A stretch of 64,000 bases of DNA from an uncultured virus (IMG/VR IMGVR_UViG_2684622556_000001) (IMGVR_UViG_2684622556_000001), one strand, 5' to 3'. Positions 48,561 through 59,261 are shown, counted from the stretch's first letter. Numbers and translations are program-made. Notes: generated by a model from the sequence alone, not told the origin.

Positions 48561-49079
48561 TTGGCTGCAGATAAGTACGTTCCGCGTGCCCTACAAGCCT
48601 ATGCGGAGAAGCAGAAGGCCCAGGACGCGCAGAAAGCGGAGATGGAAAGCGCCTATCAGGACTTTCTGACGGACTGCCACTACCCGCAGGACAAAGACGG
48701 AAACCGCATGGACTCGGCGCATTTCGTGTGGCTTGTGGGTTACCACATGATCAGGTGCGGGTGGCGGCGCTCGGCGCAACCCCTCATCAAACCACGGGCC
48801 GTCGAGGCACCCGGAGTAGTCGAAGGCGCCATCGAATGGGTCCCTATCGACGCACCCGACGACCCCCTAGAGGGCGTCGAGAACATGACGTTCGCACAGA
48901 TCAACGCCCTACCAGAGTGGCTGAAACGCAAAGCGATACAGCGACTCAACGGCAACCAAGACGCAGATGACGACCTACCCGAAATGGCCGAACCGGCATG
49001 GCGGGTGACTCCGAACATCGCCATCAAAGATGAGCGACCCATCGGGGATGACTTCGTGAAGGGAATCGAGAATGGCTGA
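48561..49079 (+). CDS. Tail-region protein (DUF2744/gp29-like)
   Basis: H..RCGW...IKPR...W motif; position. Confidence 0.65.
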   Translation: MAADKYVPRALQAYAEKQKAQDAQKAEMESAYQDFLTDCHYPQDKDGNRMDSAHFVWLVGYHMIRCGWRRSAQPLIKPRAVEAPGVVEGAIEWVPIDAPDDPLEGVENMTFAQINALPEWLKRKAIQRLNGNQDADDDLPEMAEPAWRVTPNIAIKDERPIGDDFVKGIENG

Positions 49080-50157
49080 ACCGGGCGATACCCCCTACCT
49101 TGGGTCGATCCTTGCGCGCCTGCACTTCTGGGGTGTCGTCTCCGACATGGACGTGCCTGGCGGTGTCACAGGCACATTTGAGCTTGCCGACCAAGACGGC
49201 GCAGTCACCATGGACGCCCTCGTCGGCCCTCCTGGTCCTGCTGGTGAGAATGCCCCCATCGTCAAGATGCAGTATCAGTCCAGCATCGACGACCCCGCCG
49301 ATCTTCCCCAAAACCTCACCGACGATCCGATTGATATCGGAAAAGCCTGGTGGGTAGGCAACATCGTCTACCTGTGGGACGGCGAACACTACGTCCAGAA
49401 GCAGATGGGCACACAAGGCCCCCCGGGACCGCTGCCGAACATCACTCCCACGGTCCAACTACTGGACCCAGACAACCCCAGTTTGACCTCAGAGATCATC
49501 GTTTCGGGCACCTCCGCCAACCCGACATGGCTCCTGAAGCTCAAAGCACCGCGTGGTCCGCAAGGCGATAACGCCACCATCCGAGACGCAACCGACTATG
49601 ACGACTCGGTCGCGCCCGCCGCAGGACAGGTCATTGCTTGGAACGGCGTCGACTACGCGCCAGCCGACTTCAACCCCTTGGCGACACGTTTCTACACCGT
49701 CCCCGAGTCTGCGTTCACCGACTTCACGGGTCTAGCCACACGGCAGACGATCGGCTCATTCATCATCCCACCGATGCCGTTCGACTACGTCCCCGTAGTG
49801 CACGGGCATTTCAAGGCCAACGGCATCGAACTCGACGCCGACCCATTCATTATCGGCTCCGAGGTCCGCATCGGTAACGCCACAAGCGGCCAGCTGATCG
49901 CCAAGGGCGCCGGCAACATGTCCTCCTGGTCCGCCCTGTTCCCGCATGCCTCATCCACGGGCTCCCCGAACACCGCTATCACCCCAGACAACGGGATCGG
50001 CATGATCCCGGCCTACAGCACCGGTACAACGTCAACTTTGTACGTGAACCTCGTCAACGAGGGCATGGCAGGCTTCTACTCCTTCAACAAAGCGGGTGCG
50101 CAGCTCTCAATCCTCATCGTCCCCGTCTCTCCGTTGAAGCCTGAGGACGGCTCCTAG
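49072..50157 (+). CDS. Minor tail protein with short collagen-like motifs
   Basis: GPPGPAG, GTQGPPGP, GPQG. Confidence 0.8.
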   Translation: MAEPGDTPYLGSILARLHFWGVVSDMDVPGGVTGTFELADQDGAVTMDALVGPPGPAGENAPIVKMQYQSSIDDPADLPQNLTDDPIDIGKAWWVGNIVYLWDGEHYVQKQMGTQGPPGPLPNITPTVQLLDPDNPSLTSEIIVSGTSANPTWLLKLKAPRGPQGDNATIRDATDYDDSVAPAAGQVIAWNGVDYAPADFNPLATRFYTVPESAFTDFTGLATRQTIGSFIIPPMPFDYVPVVHGHFKANGIELDADPFIIGSEVRIGNATSGQLIAKGAGNMSSWSALFPHASSTGSPNTAITPDNGIGMIPAYSTGTTSTLYVNLVNEGMAGFYSFNKAGAQLSILIVPVSPLKPEDGS

Positions 50158-53100
50158 TGCCACGGTCTTTCGACCGAATCCCGCTGCCGTTCAACGACCC
50201 TAACCAGGGGCTCGAGTTCCATATCGGCACCGCTTTCCAGCAAGGGCTGGAAATGTGGAAGGCAATCATCGATGGAATCATCGAGTACGCCGAAAGCCTG
50301 ATCAAGGAACTCATTCAGAAGCTCCTGGGCTTGGATGTTGACCCGGAGCAGGCGCTCGAGGATCTGTGGAATCTACTCACCGGCTGGGTAGATGACATCC
50401 CGATCATCGGCGACATCATCGAGATAATCAAGGACTTCCTGAACGGAAACCTGTTCGGGCGTGACGGATTCATTCTGTCGAACCTGATCCCGGCGTTGTC
50501 GTTCAGCTGGATCACCGATGAGCAGCCCAACCTGTTGGTGGCGGGTAACTTCCAGGACGGCGCCAGCATCGCCGACAACCCGTACTGGACGTGGGAGTCC
50601 GGTGTCACGCATAGCGCTGACAGTTCGGGCAGCGTGAAGGTCACCGCGAACGGTGTCACGAAAGCTTTGCGGTCCAACGAGATCCTTGCTAACCCTGGCC
50701 AAACCATGTCGCTGGAGATGTGGGTTAAGTGGTCCGGGTACACGGGTACTAATTCGCCGATCAAGTTGCAGATGGTCGAGTTCTCCGGTCGCGGGGATAG
50801 CGCTGTGCAGGTTGGTGTTGAGGACGTTGCGACGCTGAACCCGAACACGTCAACGGGGGATTGGCGTCAAATGGTCGGGAACTACTCGGTTCCCGACGGT
50901 GTGCATGCGGTGCGTGTGCGCATCCTGGTCGGCAAGGATGCCACCTCGGGTGTCTTCAACTTTGATGACGGTGTCGGTAAGAAGACCAACAAGATTCAGC
51001 AGGGCTGGATCGACGGGTTGTCGAACACGTTCCAGGAAGTGCTGTCGCGGTGGCAGTTGATCATTGACACCGTAGTCAACGGGATCACGGGCTCTAACAA
51101 CGCGTTCCACACTCTGGAAGATCTGTTCGAGGCTGTCACCCATATCCCGTTGTTCAAGATCCTCGGATTCGGTGGCCCTGGGGATGCGAACACAACGTTC
51201 GAGGAGTTCCTTTCTCATCTTCTCGGGGGAATGCAGGGCTCAACCGACCCAAATTCTAATGGTGGGTTCGCGGACCTGTTCAACGTCGCCAAGCTTTTGC
51301 AGACGGCGGCGGCGATGGGGGAGAGCGCCTTCCAGATCCTCTCTCGCCGCGACAACACCCCCGTCAACACGGGTCTATTGCCGTCGGGGCGGTCGAACTA
51401 CGGCCTGACCAGCGTCAACACGACTCTTTCCGCTACTCAGAGTGCGTCGCTGATCGCGACAATGCGGGTGGAGCAAGACATCGCCCTGGGGGTGGTGTCG
51501 TGGCTTGGCTGCGGGACCAGCGGCATCACAGCGTTCTACGTCAACATCTGGAAACTTGACGGGGTTTCCGGTGACTGGGCTTTGGTGCATCACTCCCCGA
51601 ACATCCTGTCCGAGCTGACCGCCGGTACTACACCGAACTGGACGTTCTACCAGCTCGACACCCCAGTTGATCAGAAGGCGGGGGAAACCTACGCCTACGA
51701 ACTCGTCCCCGTCGGCGGAACCCACAGTGTCCGCGGCATCTCGACGACGGACGATATTCCTGATCACCCGTTCGCGCAGGTTGTTGGCTTGGCCGCGACA
51801 CGGGACAACTCGTCGTCACCGAACACACCCCCCTCGACCATTGCCAAATCCAGTGTTGTCCGGTCCGGGAACATCCCGTGGATTGAAACAGCCATCGACA
51901 CCGGAAACGGTGTGGGCTACTACGACCCCATCTCCGTCTACGTGGTGGATTCAGGCACGATCCCGATCCCGTCGTGGGCGAATTTCGTTGATGTCACCGC
52001 TGTTGGTGGGGCCGGTGGAGCGCAACAAGGCTTGACCCTCGGCTTCCATGGTGAATCCGGTTCGCCTGGTCTCTATAAATCCACGACGTGGCAGCGGGGA
52101 GTGCATTTCGCTGACGACGCGGTGCTGACGTTCACCAAAGGTGTCGGCGGGCTCGGCGGGCAAGGCGATGGCGCCGACGGCACCGCGAGTATCTGGTCCA
52201 TCCCCGACTACAGCATCACCGCCGAGCCCGGGGTGGGTGGTACCGAACTACAGCTTGGCGCCAACCCGATCGGTCGAGGACCTGGGAATTTCGAGTACAA
52301 GGGCGAGAACCATGTCGGTGGCGCGGACCAAAAGGTCCCAGGCCGCGACGGCGTATCCCCGGGCGGTGGCGGTAACGGCGGCAACGGGCTGACGTTCCAG
52401 TTCGGCGGTAACGGCGCCGACGGCGCCGGCTGGGTGCGGTTCCGGCAGAACCCGCTTGACGGGGAGTCGGTCATCGGCGGCCCCGGACAAGTCTTGGTTC
52501 CTAGCATCGAATCCACTGCCTCGCTGGGCACACCCACTGTCTCGGGTGGGTTGTCGCTGCTTCCGCTGGAGGATCAGGCCGCTATCGACGCGATCGTGGC
52601 CGCGAACATGACCGCACCAGGCGGGGTGTTGGCCATCCAGTCCCCAGATGGGTACTACACGAAGGCTTACGGCAAGGTCTCCACCGCCGCGGGGGCACGG
52701 AACGTGATCCTAGAGGACCACTTCCGTATCGGCTCCTGCACCAAGTCATTCACGGCCACCATGATCTTGCAGGCGGTTGATCGTGGCTTGTTGTCGTTGG
52801 ATGACCCGCTGGAGAAGTTCCTTCCCGGCGTCCCGGGCGGCACCAAGATAACGGTCCGGCACATGATGTGTCTGCGGTCGGGTCTGTTCAACGAACAAAC
52901 CGACCTCGGCATGATGATGCGCTACTTCCTGATGCCGACCTCTGACTGGACGGACGAAGAAACACTCGCGATCGTCAAACAGCACGAACCGTCCTTTGAA
53001 CCGGGCCAAGGTTGGGCGTACGTCAACTCGAACTACTTCCTGCTGGGGATGATTGTTTCGATCGTCAATGGCCGACCCACACGTGATGTGCTACAGACGG

Positions 53101-54272
53101 ACATTCTGGATCCGTTGGGTTTGACGCAAACCAGTTGGCCTACCACCGCGAAGATGCCCGAGCCGTATGCGAATGGGCATGCCTGGGCCACCGGTATTTT
53201 CGGTGGTGGAGCCTGGCAGGACGCCACTGAAACCGGGCCGGGATATGCGAGCGCTGCCGGTGTCATGATTTCCACCGCCCACGATCTGCTGCTGTGGGCC
53301 AAGGAATTACGTGACGGAACTCTACTGAGCCCTGAACTGCATGAGCTGAGAACTAAATGCTACTGGCCCGTGCCATGGGGCAATGATGATCAGCTGACCT
53401 ATTTCGGGTACGGGCACGGCATGTTCGAGCTCGGACAGTGGCGCGGCCACGGTGGGTCGTGGCGCGGCTACGAAGTCTCGGTCTACTACCTGCCGAACGG
53501 CACGTTGTTCGCGATGTGTGAGAACGCCCAGACCCCGACCGTTGAGGTTGAGGTGTCGATGATGTTCAAAATCGGCAAGTACCTGTACCCGGATTCTCTG
53601 ACCGTCCCTGATTATCAGGCGAATCGAGTGTTCGGTATCCCGTCGAAAGCTTCGGTCGGTAAACCGATCGTCGGAAGTATCGATGTCAAGTTCGACAACA
53701 AGAGCACCGTGGGCACAAGCCAGGCGACGATCCCGGAATTCACGCTGGACCCCGAAGCGAACATTGTGTTCGCCTATATGGCAACGCAATCCGGCATAGA
53801 CATGTCCGGGGTGACGGCGAAAATCGGTGGCGTCACCATGAACAAACTGCCGGTTATCTCCAATGGATCTAACCGGCTGGTGGTGTGGTGGCTACTCGAT
53901 CCCCCCACTGGGGCAAGGTCGATCAACCTGATCGGCACACCATATGGGTCGAACTACGCAACCGGTGCGGCATCCTACAAACTCGCCGCACCTGCAGGGA
54001 TTGAAACACCCGTAATCACTCAGGGCTACAGCGCATCCCCATCAGTCAGTGCCTCCACCAATAGCCACGGCAGGATCGTCAACGCCTTCCTGTACGGGGG
54101 TCAGACCAGCGCCTACAACCAAACCGAGCGTGGACATTTGGATGCCGTCGCGTTCGGTGCGGGACTGATATTCGGTGATGCACCAGGGGGTTCGGTGACG
54201 TTCACCCAAACCCTCACAGCTGCCGCCCCATGGATCGGTATCGCGATCCCCATCGTCTCCAACGCGGAATAG
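50157..54272 (+). CDS. Large minor tail protein with Gly-rich region and serine beta-lactamase/D-Ala-D-Ala carboxypeptidase domain
   Basis: FRIGSCTKSF (SxxK), YVN (YxN), GHGG; carbohydrate-binding-like N-terminal region. Confidence 0.85.
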   Translation: MPRSFDRIPLPFNDPNQGLEFHIGTAFQQGLEMWKAIIDGIIEYAESLIKELIQKLLGLDVDPEQALEDLWNLLTGWVDDIPIIGDIIEIIKDFLNGNLFGRDGFILSNLIPALSFSWITDEQPNLLVAGNFQDGASIADNPYWTWESGVTHSADSSGSVKVTANGVTKALRSNEILANPGQTMSLEMWVKWSGYTGTNSPIKLQMVEFSGRGDSAVQVGVEDVATLNPNTSTGDWRQMVGNYSVPDGVHAVRVRILVGKDATSGVFNFDDGVGKKTNKIQQGWIDGLSNTFQEVLSRWQLIIDTVVNGITGSNNAFHTLEDLFEAVTHIPLFKILGFGGPGDANTTFEEFLSHLLGGMQGSTDPNSNGGFADLFNVAKLLQTAAAMGESAFQILSRRDNTPVNTGLLPSGRSNYGLTSVNTTLSATQSASLIATMRVEQDIALGVVSWLGCGTSGITAFYVNIWKLDGVSGDWALVHHSPNILSELTAGTTPNWTFYQLDTPVDQKAGETYAYELVPVGGTHSVRGISTTDDIPDHPFAQVVGLAATRDNSSSPNTPPSTIAKSSVVRSGNIPWIETAIDTGNGVGYYDPISVYVVDSGTIPIPSWANFVDVTAVGGAGGAQQGLTLGFHGESGSPGLYKSTTWQRGVHFADDAVLTFTKGVGGLGGQGDGADGTASIWSIPDYSITAEPGVGGTELQLGANPIGRGPGNFEYKGENHVGGADQKVPGRDGVSPGGGGNGGNGLTFQFGGNGADGAGWVRFRQNPLDGESVIGGPGQVLVPSIESTASLGTPTVSGGLSLLPLEDQAAIDAIVAANMTAPGGVLAIQSPDGYYTKAYGKVSTAAGARNVILEDHFRIGSCTKSFTATMILQAVDRGLLSLDDPLEKFLPGVPGGTKITVRHMMCLRSGLFNEQTDLGMMMRYFLMPTSDWTDEETLAIVKQHEPSFEPGQGWAYVNSNYFLLGMIVSIVNGRPTRDVLQTDILDPLGLTQTSWPTTAKMPEPYANGHAWATGIFGGGAWQDATETGPGYASAAGVMISTAHDLLLWAKELRDGTLLSPELHELRTKCYWPVPWGNDDQLTYFGYGHGMFELGQWRGHGGSWRGYEVSVYYLPNGTLFAMCENAQTPTVEVEVSMMFKIGKYLYPDSLTVPDYQANRVFGIPSKASVGKPIVGSIDVKFDNKSTVGTSQATIPEFTLDPEANIVFAYMATQSGIDMSGVTAKIGGVTMNKLPVISNGSNRLVVWWLLDPPTGARSINLIGTPYGSNYATGAASYKLAAPAGIETPVITQGYSASPSVSASTNSHGRIVNAFLYGGQTSAYNQTERGHLDAVAFGAGLIFGDAPGGSVTFTQTLTAAAPWIGIAIPIVSNAE

Positions 54273-54282
54273 GGAGAACCTT

Positions 54283-54681
54283 ATGGTCAACGCTTTGTTC
54301 GATCACGCCCGAGAAGCATTCCTTAAGGGCGACCTCGATTGGGAAGTACACAACTTCAAAGTCTGCGGGGTGGACGCCACCTACACCCCTAATATCGCAA
54401 CCCACCAGTACCTTTCGGACCTCACGGGGATTGTGTGCACATCCTCCAACCTGTCCAGCAAGTCGTGGACTGCTGGTGTCGCTGACGCTGCTGATGTGGT
54501 ATTCCCGACCGTCACGGGTGCAACGATCGTGCGCTGGATCATCTACCAAGACACCGGAACCGCGGGGACATCGCAGCTTGTCGCGTTATACGACACAGCA
54601 TCCGGGTTGCCAACCATCCCCGATGGCACCAACATCACCGTCACCTGGGACAACGGGGCTAGTCGGATCTTCCGCATCTAG
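54283..54681 (+). CDS. Minor tail/structural protein
   Basis: GVADAADV.F..V.G, LP..PDG.NIT..WDNG..RIF. Confidence 0.7.
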   Translation: MVNALFDHAREAFLKGDLDWEVHNFKVCGVDATYTPNIATHQYLSDLTGIVCTSSNLSSKSWTAGVADAADVVFPTVTGATIVRWIIYQDTGTAGTSQLVALYDTASGLPTIPDGTNITVTWDNGASRIFRI

Positions 54682-54683
54682 CT

Positions 54684-55904
54684 ATGGCTGGTGTAACCGG
54701 CTGGTGGGCCGAAACATTCATCGAGACTACGGGCGCAACACTCACGCTCACTGGCGGGCGCCCACAGGTCACTGCAACGCAAGACAACCATATCTCCCCA
54801 ACTCCGGCAGTCATAACCGTGACCGGCGGGCGACCAAGTGTGGACGGCCCGCCAATCCAACCCACTCCAGCCCAGCTCACGATTACCGGCGGGCAGCCAG
54901 GCATCAGGGTGGGCACCGTCGTTGCCCCAACAGCTGCCGGATTGACGATTACCGGCGGTACCCCATCGATTGTTCAGTCCCAGAACAACATAGTTTCCCC
55001 GGCTGGCGCATCGGTGACTATTACTGGTGGACGGCCCGTGGTGACTACGGGACCGATCGTGACACCTACCGCTGCGGCTGTGACCGTCACCGGGGGCACT
55101 CCGTCGCTCGCTGCACAGATAGCCCCGACGCCCGCCACTGTGACCATTACAGGCGGACGCCCATTGATAGATGTTCGGTACCCTCCACCTGCCGCGTCTC
55201 TGACCATCACGGGTGGACGCCCGGTTATCGATACGCGGGTGGCGCCCGCTGGGGCCTCTGTGACCATTACGGGCGGAACGCCTGTGGTCACAACCATCCA
55301 CACCGTGTCCTTTGTTGGCGCCAATGGAAATGCGAGCAGTTCGGTCACTATCCCGACTCATCAAATCGGCGACTTGATTGTTCTGTTCGCGTACAACCCG
55401 TTCTCAACATCTGCTCCCACGAAGCCATCGGCGGGCGGCACGGTACCGGACTACACCTATATCGACAACGCCAACAGTGGTAGCGGCTCGGGCTGCGCTA
55501 CCGCATATTTCAAGGCCACTGCGACCAACACAACGTCTGGTTCCTGGGGTAGCGCTTCACACATGATCGCGGTGGTGATACGGGATCAAAACGCATCCTC
55601 GCCGATCGGTGGTCATGCCCGAGCCGCTGGAACTGGCGCCTCATCCACTGCGCCGTCGGTGACATTGACCCACACAGACGGATCCTCGGTGCTGCTGCAT
55701 TTCCATGGGCACGCCAGCTTGGGGGCGGGCGGATGGGATGCCGCGCCAGCGGGATACACGCGCCAGGCGTCATCTGGTTCTGCGTTCGGTTCGGCCTCTG
55801 CATTCAACACCAAGAACGTGACCACCACCGATGGATCTGTGGCTCAGACGGGTGGGCAGTCCGGCCAGAACTACGCGGCAGCAACCGTCGAAATCATCAA
55901 CTAA
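54684..55904 (+). CDS. Thr-rich tail fibre-like protein with nine TxTGGxP repeats
   Basis: Nine repeats of about 20-22 aa followed by a beta-rich C-terminal domain. Confidence 0.75.
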   Translation: MAGVTGWWAETFIETTGATLTLTGGRPQVTATQDNHISPTPAVITVTGGRPSVDGPPIQPTPAQLTITGGQPGIRVGTVVAPTAAGLTITGGTPSIVQSQNNIVSPAGASVTITGGRPVVTTGPIVTPTAAAVTVTGGTPSLAAQIAPTPATVTITGGRPLIDVRYPPPAASLTITGGRPVIDTRVAPAGASVTITGGTPVVTTIHTVSFVGANGNASSSVTIPTHQIGDLIVLFAYNPFSTSAPTKPSAGGTVPDYTYIDNANSGSGSGCATAYFKATATNTTSGSWGSASHMIAVVIRDQNASSPIGGHARAAGTGASSTAPSVTLTHTDGSSVLLHFHGHASLGAGGWDAAPAGYTRQASSGSAFGSASAFNTKNVTTTDGSVAQTGGQSGQNYAAATVEIIN

Positions 55905-55919
55905 CGAAAGGACACCCCA

Positions 55920-56357
55920 ATGACTGCAGGAACATGGACGTATCCCACTGCGGCTCGGAAGAACGTCATAGACGGCACGTTCGATGTGGACTCCGACACC
56001 TGGCGAGTTGCCCTGGTAACCGCTTCGTCCAATATTGGTGCATCAACCACCACATGGGCTGGTGTCACCAATGAAGTGGCGAACGGAAATGGTTACACCA
56101 CAGGCGGTGTCGCTGTATCGCTCACCATCGGTGGAACGACCAGCCCGTCCGTAACTTTCGCCACCAACCCATCGTGGACTGCATCCGGCGGCAGTATCAC
56201 GGCCCGCTACGCGGTTCTCTACGAGCTGGGCGGCAACGTGATGTGCTACGTGCTCTTAGACAACACCCCTGCCGATGTGGTGACTACCAACGGCAACTCT
56301 CTCACGATTGATGGCGACGGAACTCCTTCACCGATCTACACGGTGACATTCGCTTAG
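55920..56357 (+). CDS. Minor tail/structural protein
   Basis: D.DSDT...AL, EV..GNGYTTGG, WTASGGSITARYAV.Y. Confidence 0.7.
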   Translation: MTAGTWTYPTAARKNVIDGTFDVDSDTWRVALVTASSNIGASTTTWAGVTNEVANGNGYTTGGVAVSLTIGGTTSPSVTFATNPSWTASGGSITARYAVLYELGGNVMCYVLLDNTPADVVTTNGNSLTIDGDGTPSPIYTVTFA

Positions 56358-56374
56358 CACTCTCACCTCCTTGT

Positions 56375-56401
56375 GGGCCTCGCTAGTGCGGGGTCTTTTT
56401 T
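56375..56401 (+). terminator. Intrinsic terminator after the tail genes
   Basis: GGGCCTCGC-TAGT-GCGGGGTCT followed by a T-run. Confidence 0.7.
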
Positions 56402-56420
56402 AATGCCCGAAAGAGGTCGC

Positions 56421-56561
56421 ATGTTCTCTCAACTGCTGCGGTACCCCGCCTTCTACGCCGCTATCGGGTTGGCGGGGTTCGGGTTCGGAGTGTGGTTCCG
56501 GCGCTCCCGCTGGGTGTCGGCGGGTCGGCCAGGGCTCGATCCCCGGATTGGAGGCATCTGA
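56421..56561 (+). CDS. Small membrane protein
   Basis: RBS GAGG; one TM helix; TGATG overlap with lysin A. Confidence 0.5.
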   Translation: MFSQLLRYPAFYAAIGLAGFGFGVWFRRSRWVSAGRPGLDPRIGGI

Positions 56562-57883
56562 TGCCGCGGGTCGTGTATGGAAATTCGTTCTCAAGTAACG
56601 GCTGGCCCATGGTCAACGGTGACGAGTGCACCTGGGTCACCGTGCCGGGTACATCGGTGAGTCTGCAGATTCAGAACGGGCATCCGTTGGCGATTCTGCG
56701 GGCGTTCGCAGCGGATTTCAACGCATATGTTGAGCCGCTGCGTGACCCGGACTCGGCGTGCTGGACGCCGACCAACTCGGTGTCCACGTCGAATCACCTG
56801 TCAGGTACGGCGATGGATCTGAACTGGGAAAGCCATCCCTTTCAGGTCGTAAATGCCGGGTTTAGTGCCGCGCAGATCGCCACCATAAAGGAAATACAGG
56901 CGTTCTACGAGGGGACCGTCTTCTGGGGCAATGACTGGTCAGATCCTAAAGATGCGATGCACTTTCAGCTAGCGAGCCTCGCCAATGGCGGTGACATTAA
57001 CACCTACCAGAATCCGCATACTGCAGACTTCATCGCCCGCAAGATCCGCGCCGACGGATTCTCCACGTTCCGGCGCGGCAACTCGGTGGTGCTGTCAACC
57101 AAGGATCGACACGCGCTAGCGACTATCAACGAGGGTAAGCGACTCGGCATCACCCCCAAGGGAATCTGCATCGCCATCGCGGTGGAGCTGGTGGAAACCA
57201 ACCTCACGATGTACGCGAACAGCAATGTCCCTGCGAGCCTCGGCTACCCACACGAGAAAGTCGGTAGCGACCACGACTCCACTGGGCTGTTCCAGCAGCG
57301 CCAGGCATGGGGTCCTTTGTCGGAAACCATGGACCCCACTCTGTCGGCGCGGCTGTTCTTCCTTGGCGGACACAGCGGGCAGCGCGGTCTGACCGACTTC
57401 GACTACAACTCCAACTCTCGTACGCCCGGCGGATGGGCGCAGGCCGTGCAGGTGAGTGCTTTCCCGTACCGCTACGACGAGCGCTACACCGAGGCCCAGC
57501 AGATCTACGCCCGACTCAGCAATCTAGGAGATGAAGACATGGCCCAAGTGCCACAGGACCAGTGGGACACCCTCTATCGGCTATTCACTCAGCCCACAGT
57601 GGGATCGGTGTCCATGTACGCCACACCGGGCGAAGGCCCGATCTACAACCTGGTGCAGCTGATTCAGTCGATCGACGGAGCTGCACATAAGGACCTGACC
57701 GTCGAGGCCGACGCCAAGCTCGGAGACCTCGAGGCCATCGGCCGTATTGCTCGTGTGGCCGCCGGGCAGGGATCGCGCACTGACGCCGCCGCAGTCGCCC
57801 ATGCCAAGGCATTCCTCGCCGAGCTCGAGGCCACCAACCCTGCAGTCCTGCAGGAGTTCATCTCTCAGAAGGGACAGTCATGA
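56561..57883 (+). CDS. Lysin A (M15-type peptidase plus lysozyme-like domain)
   Basis: SNHLSGTAMD...DAMHFQ; VETNL..YAN...DHDSTGLFQQR...AQAVQVSAFP.RY. Confidence 0.85.
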   Translation: MPRVVYGNSFSSNGWPMVNGDECTWVTVPGTSVSLQIQNGHPLAILRAFAADFNAYVEPLRDPDSACWTPTNSVSTSNHLSGTAMDLNWESHPFQVVNAGFSAAQIATIKEIQAFYEGTVFWGNDWSDPKDAMHFQLASLANGGDINTYQNPHTADFIARKIRADGFSTFRRGNSVVLSTKDRHALATINEGKRLGITPKGICIAIAVELVETNLTMYANSNVPASLGYPHEKVGSDHDSTGLFQQRQAWGPLSETMDPTLSARLFFLGGHSGQRGLTDFDYNSNSRTPGGWAQAVQVSAFPYRYDERYTEAQQIYARLSNLGDEDMAQVPQDQWDTLYRLFTQPTVGSVSMYATPGEGPIYNLVQLIQSIDGAAHKDLTVEADAKLGDLEAIGRIARVAAGQGSRTDAAAVAHAKAFLAELEATNPAVLQEFISQKGQS

Positions 57884-58296
57884 CAGACCAGATTCGTAAG
57901 TGGTACTACCTCATTGGCGCGGCAGCTCTGTCGATTATTCCCATCTTGGTCACTTCGGGTGTGGTCAGTGACACGGTCGGGCAGTCTTGGGTCAACGCGG
58001 TCATCGCCATTGGTGGCGTCTTCGGCGTGGCCGGTCTCGGGACAGCGGGCGTGGTGCTGCACAAGCAGATCAAGAACGCCCCCGGTGCTGCAGCGGACAA
58101 GGCCGTGACCAGCTTGCAGGACATCCAGGCGCAGCTGAACTCCACCGCGCAGGCCGCGCAGGACCAGCTTGCCGCCGCCACCCAGGTTGCCGTGGACAGC
58201 ATCACCAAGATTCAGGCCACCGTAGGCAATGTCGTCGGCCCGCAGGTTTCCCTCGGCCCGCTGGCTGCCGAGGTCATCAAGAGCGTGACTGAGTGA
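57880..58296 (+). CDS. Holin
   Basis: Two N-terminal TM helices; between lysin A and lysin B. Confidence 0.75.
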   Translation: MTDQIRKWYYLIGAAALSIIPILVTSGVVSDTVGQSWVNAVIAIGGVFGVAGLGTAGVVLHKQIKNAPGAAADKAVTSLQDIQAQLNSTAQAAQDQLAAATQVAVDSITKIQATVGNVVGPQVSLGPLAAEVIKSVTE

Positions 58297-59261
58297 TCCT
58301 CACCCTCGGTTCCCATGGGGAGGTAGTAGCGAGGTGGCAGCGGGTCATGTTGGCCCGCTACGCCTCCTACGCGAAAGCCGCTGACGGGGGACCGCTGAAG
58401 GTTGATTCGTATTTCGGGTACGACGACCAGGCGGTCCAGAAGGAATACCAGCGCCGCACAAACCAACCCCAGACGGGCGAGGTTTCTCAAGCGGATCTGG
58501 TGAAGCTGGGTTTGACGCCGCTGTTCTTCACGGTCGAGGGACATCTGTCCGACATGTTTGTCGGGCCTTGCGCTTTCGTGGCCTCTACTTTGGAGCGTGA
58601 AGGGCGGGCGGTGTGGCGGCCCACCGGCTACGACAACGTACGGCTGCCGTTCAACAACCAGTCCGGTGTGGACGAACTCGTGAACCGTTTGGATACTAAG
58701 CTGTTTGATGACGGCACACCATTCCCCGAAGGAACGCCGTGGAATCTGGCGATCTTCAGCCAGGGTGCGATGGTTGGCTGCGAGGTCATGGAAAAGCATG
58801 TTCTACCCGTCAATGGCAGGTTGCATTACCGGCTGAAGGACTTCCGCAAGGGCATAGCTTTCGGGAACCCCTACCGCCTGATCAACCAGTGCGCCCCTTG
58901 GGTTCCCGACCCGCCCCAGCCCAACACTCAGGGGATCATGGACTGGCACTTTGACTTCCTGAAATACCCCGAGCTGGCGGGGAAGTGGCAAGAGCATGCC
59001 CGCACCCGCGACTGGTACGCCGAGAACCGGTTGGATGAAGCCGGGGTCAACATGACAGCGATAGCCCGCATAATCACCCAATCCTCGTGGACCGGTGGGG
59101 CTTCCTCGATAGTGGCCCGAATCATGGACCTCTTCATCAACCCATTCGACGGGCTGATCGACATCGTATGGGCCATCGTGCGGACCTTCCAAGGCATCGC
59201 CCATCTGGAAGCCCACGGGACGTACGACCTGAATCCAGTCCTCGACTGGTTCCGCGCTTAG
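58293..59261 (+). CDS. Lysin B (cutinase-like esterase)
   Basis: N-terminal peptidoglycan-binding-like domain; FSQGA, FGNP, D.YA, H..Y. Confidence 0.88.
   Translation: MILTLGSHGEVVARWQRVMLARYASYAKAADGGPLKVDSYFGYDDQAVQKEYQRRTNQPQTGEVSQADLVKLGLTPLFFTVEGHLSDMFVGPCAFVASTLEREGRAVWRPTGYDNVRLPFNNQSGVDELVNRLDTKLFDDGTPFPEGTPWNLAIFSQGAMVGCEVMEKHVLPVNGRLHYRLKDFRKGIAFGNPYRLINQCAPWVPDPPQPNTQGIMDWHFDFLKYPELAGKWQEHARTRDWYAENRLDEAGVNMTAIARIITQSSWTGGASSIVARIMDLFINPFDGLIDIVWAIVRTFQGIAHLEAHGTYDLNPVLDWFRA

Noticed and set aside
52566..53620. Antibiotic-resistance beta-lactamase
   Set aside because: Domain embedded in a virion tail protein; the fold alone does not imply resistance.
54230..55483. 417-aa alternative-frame ORF
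   Set aside because: Off-frame reading of two well-supported structural genes.
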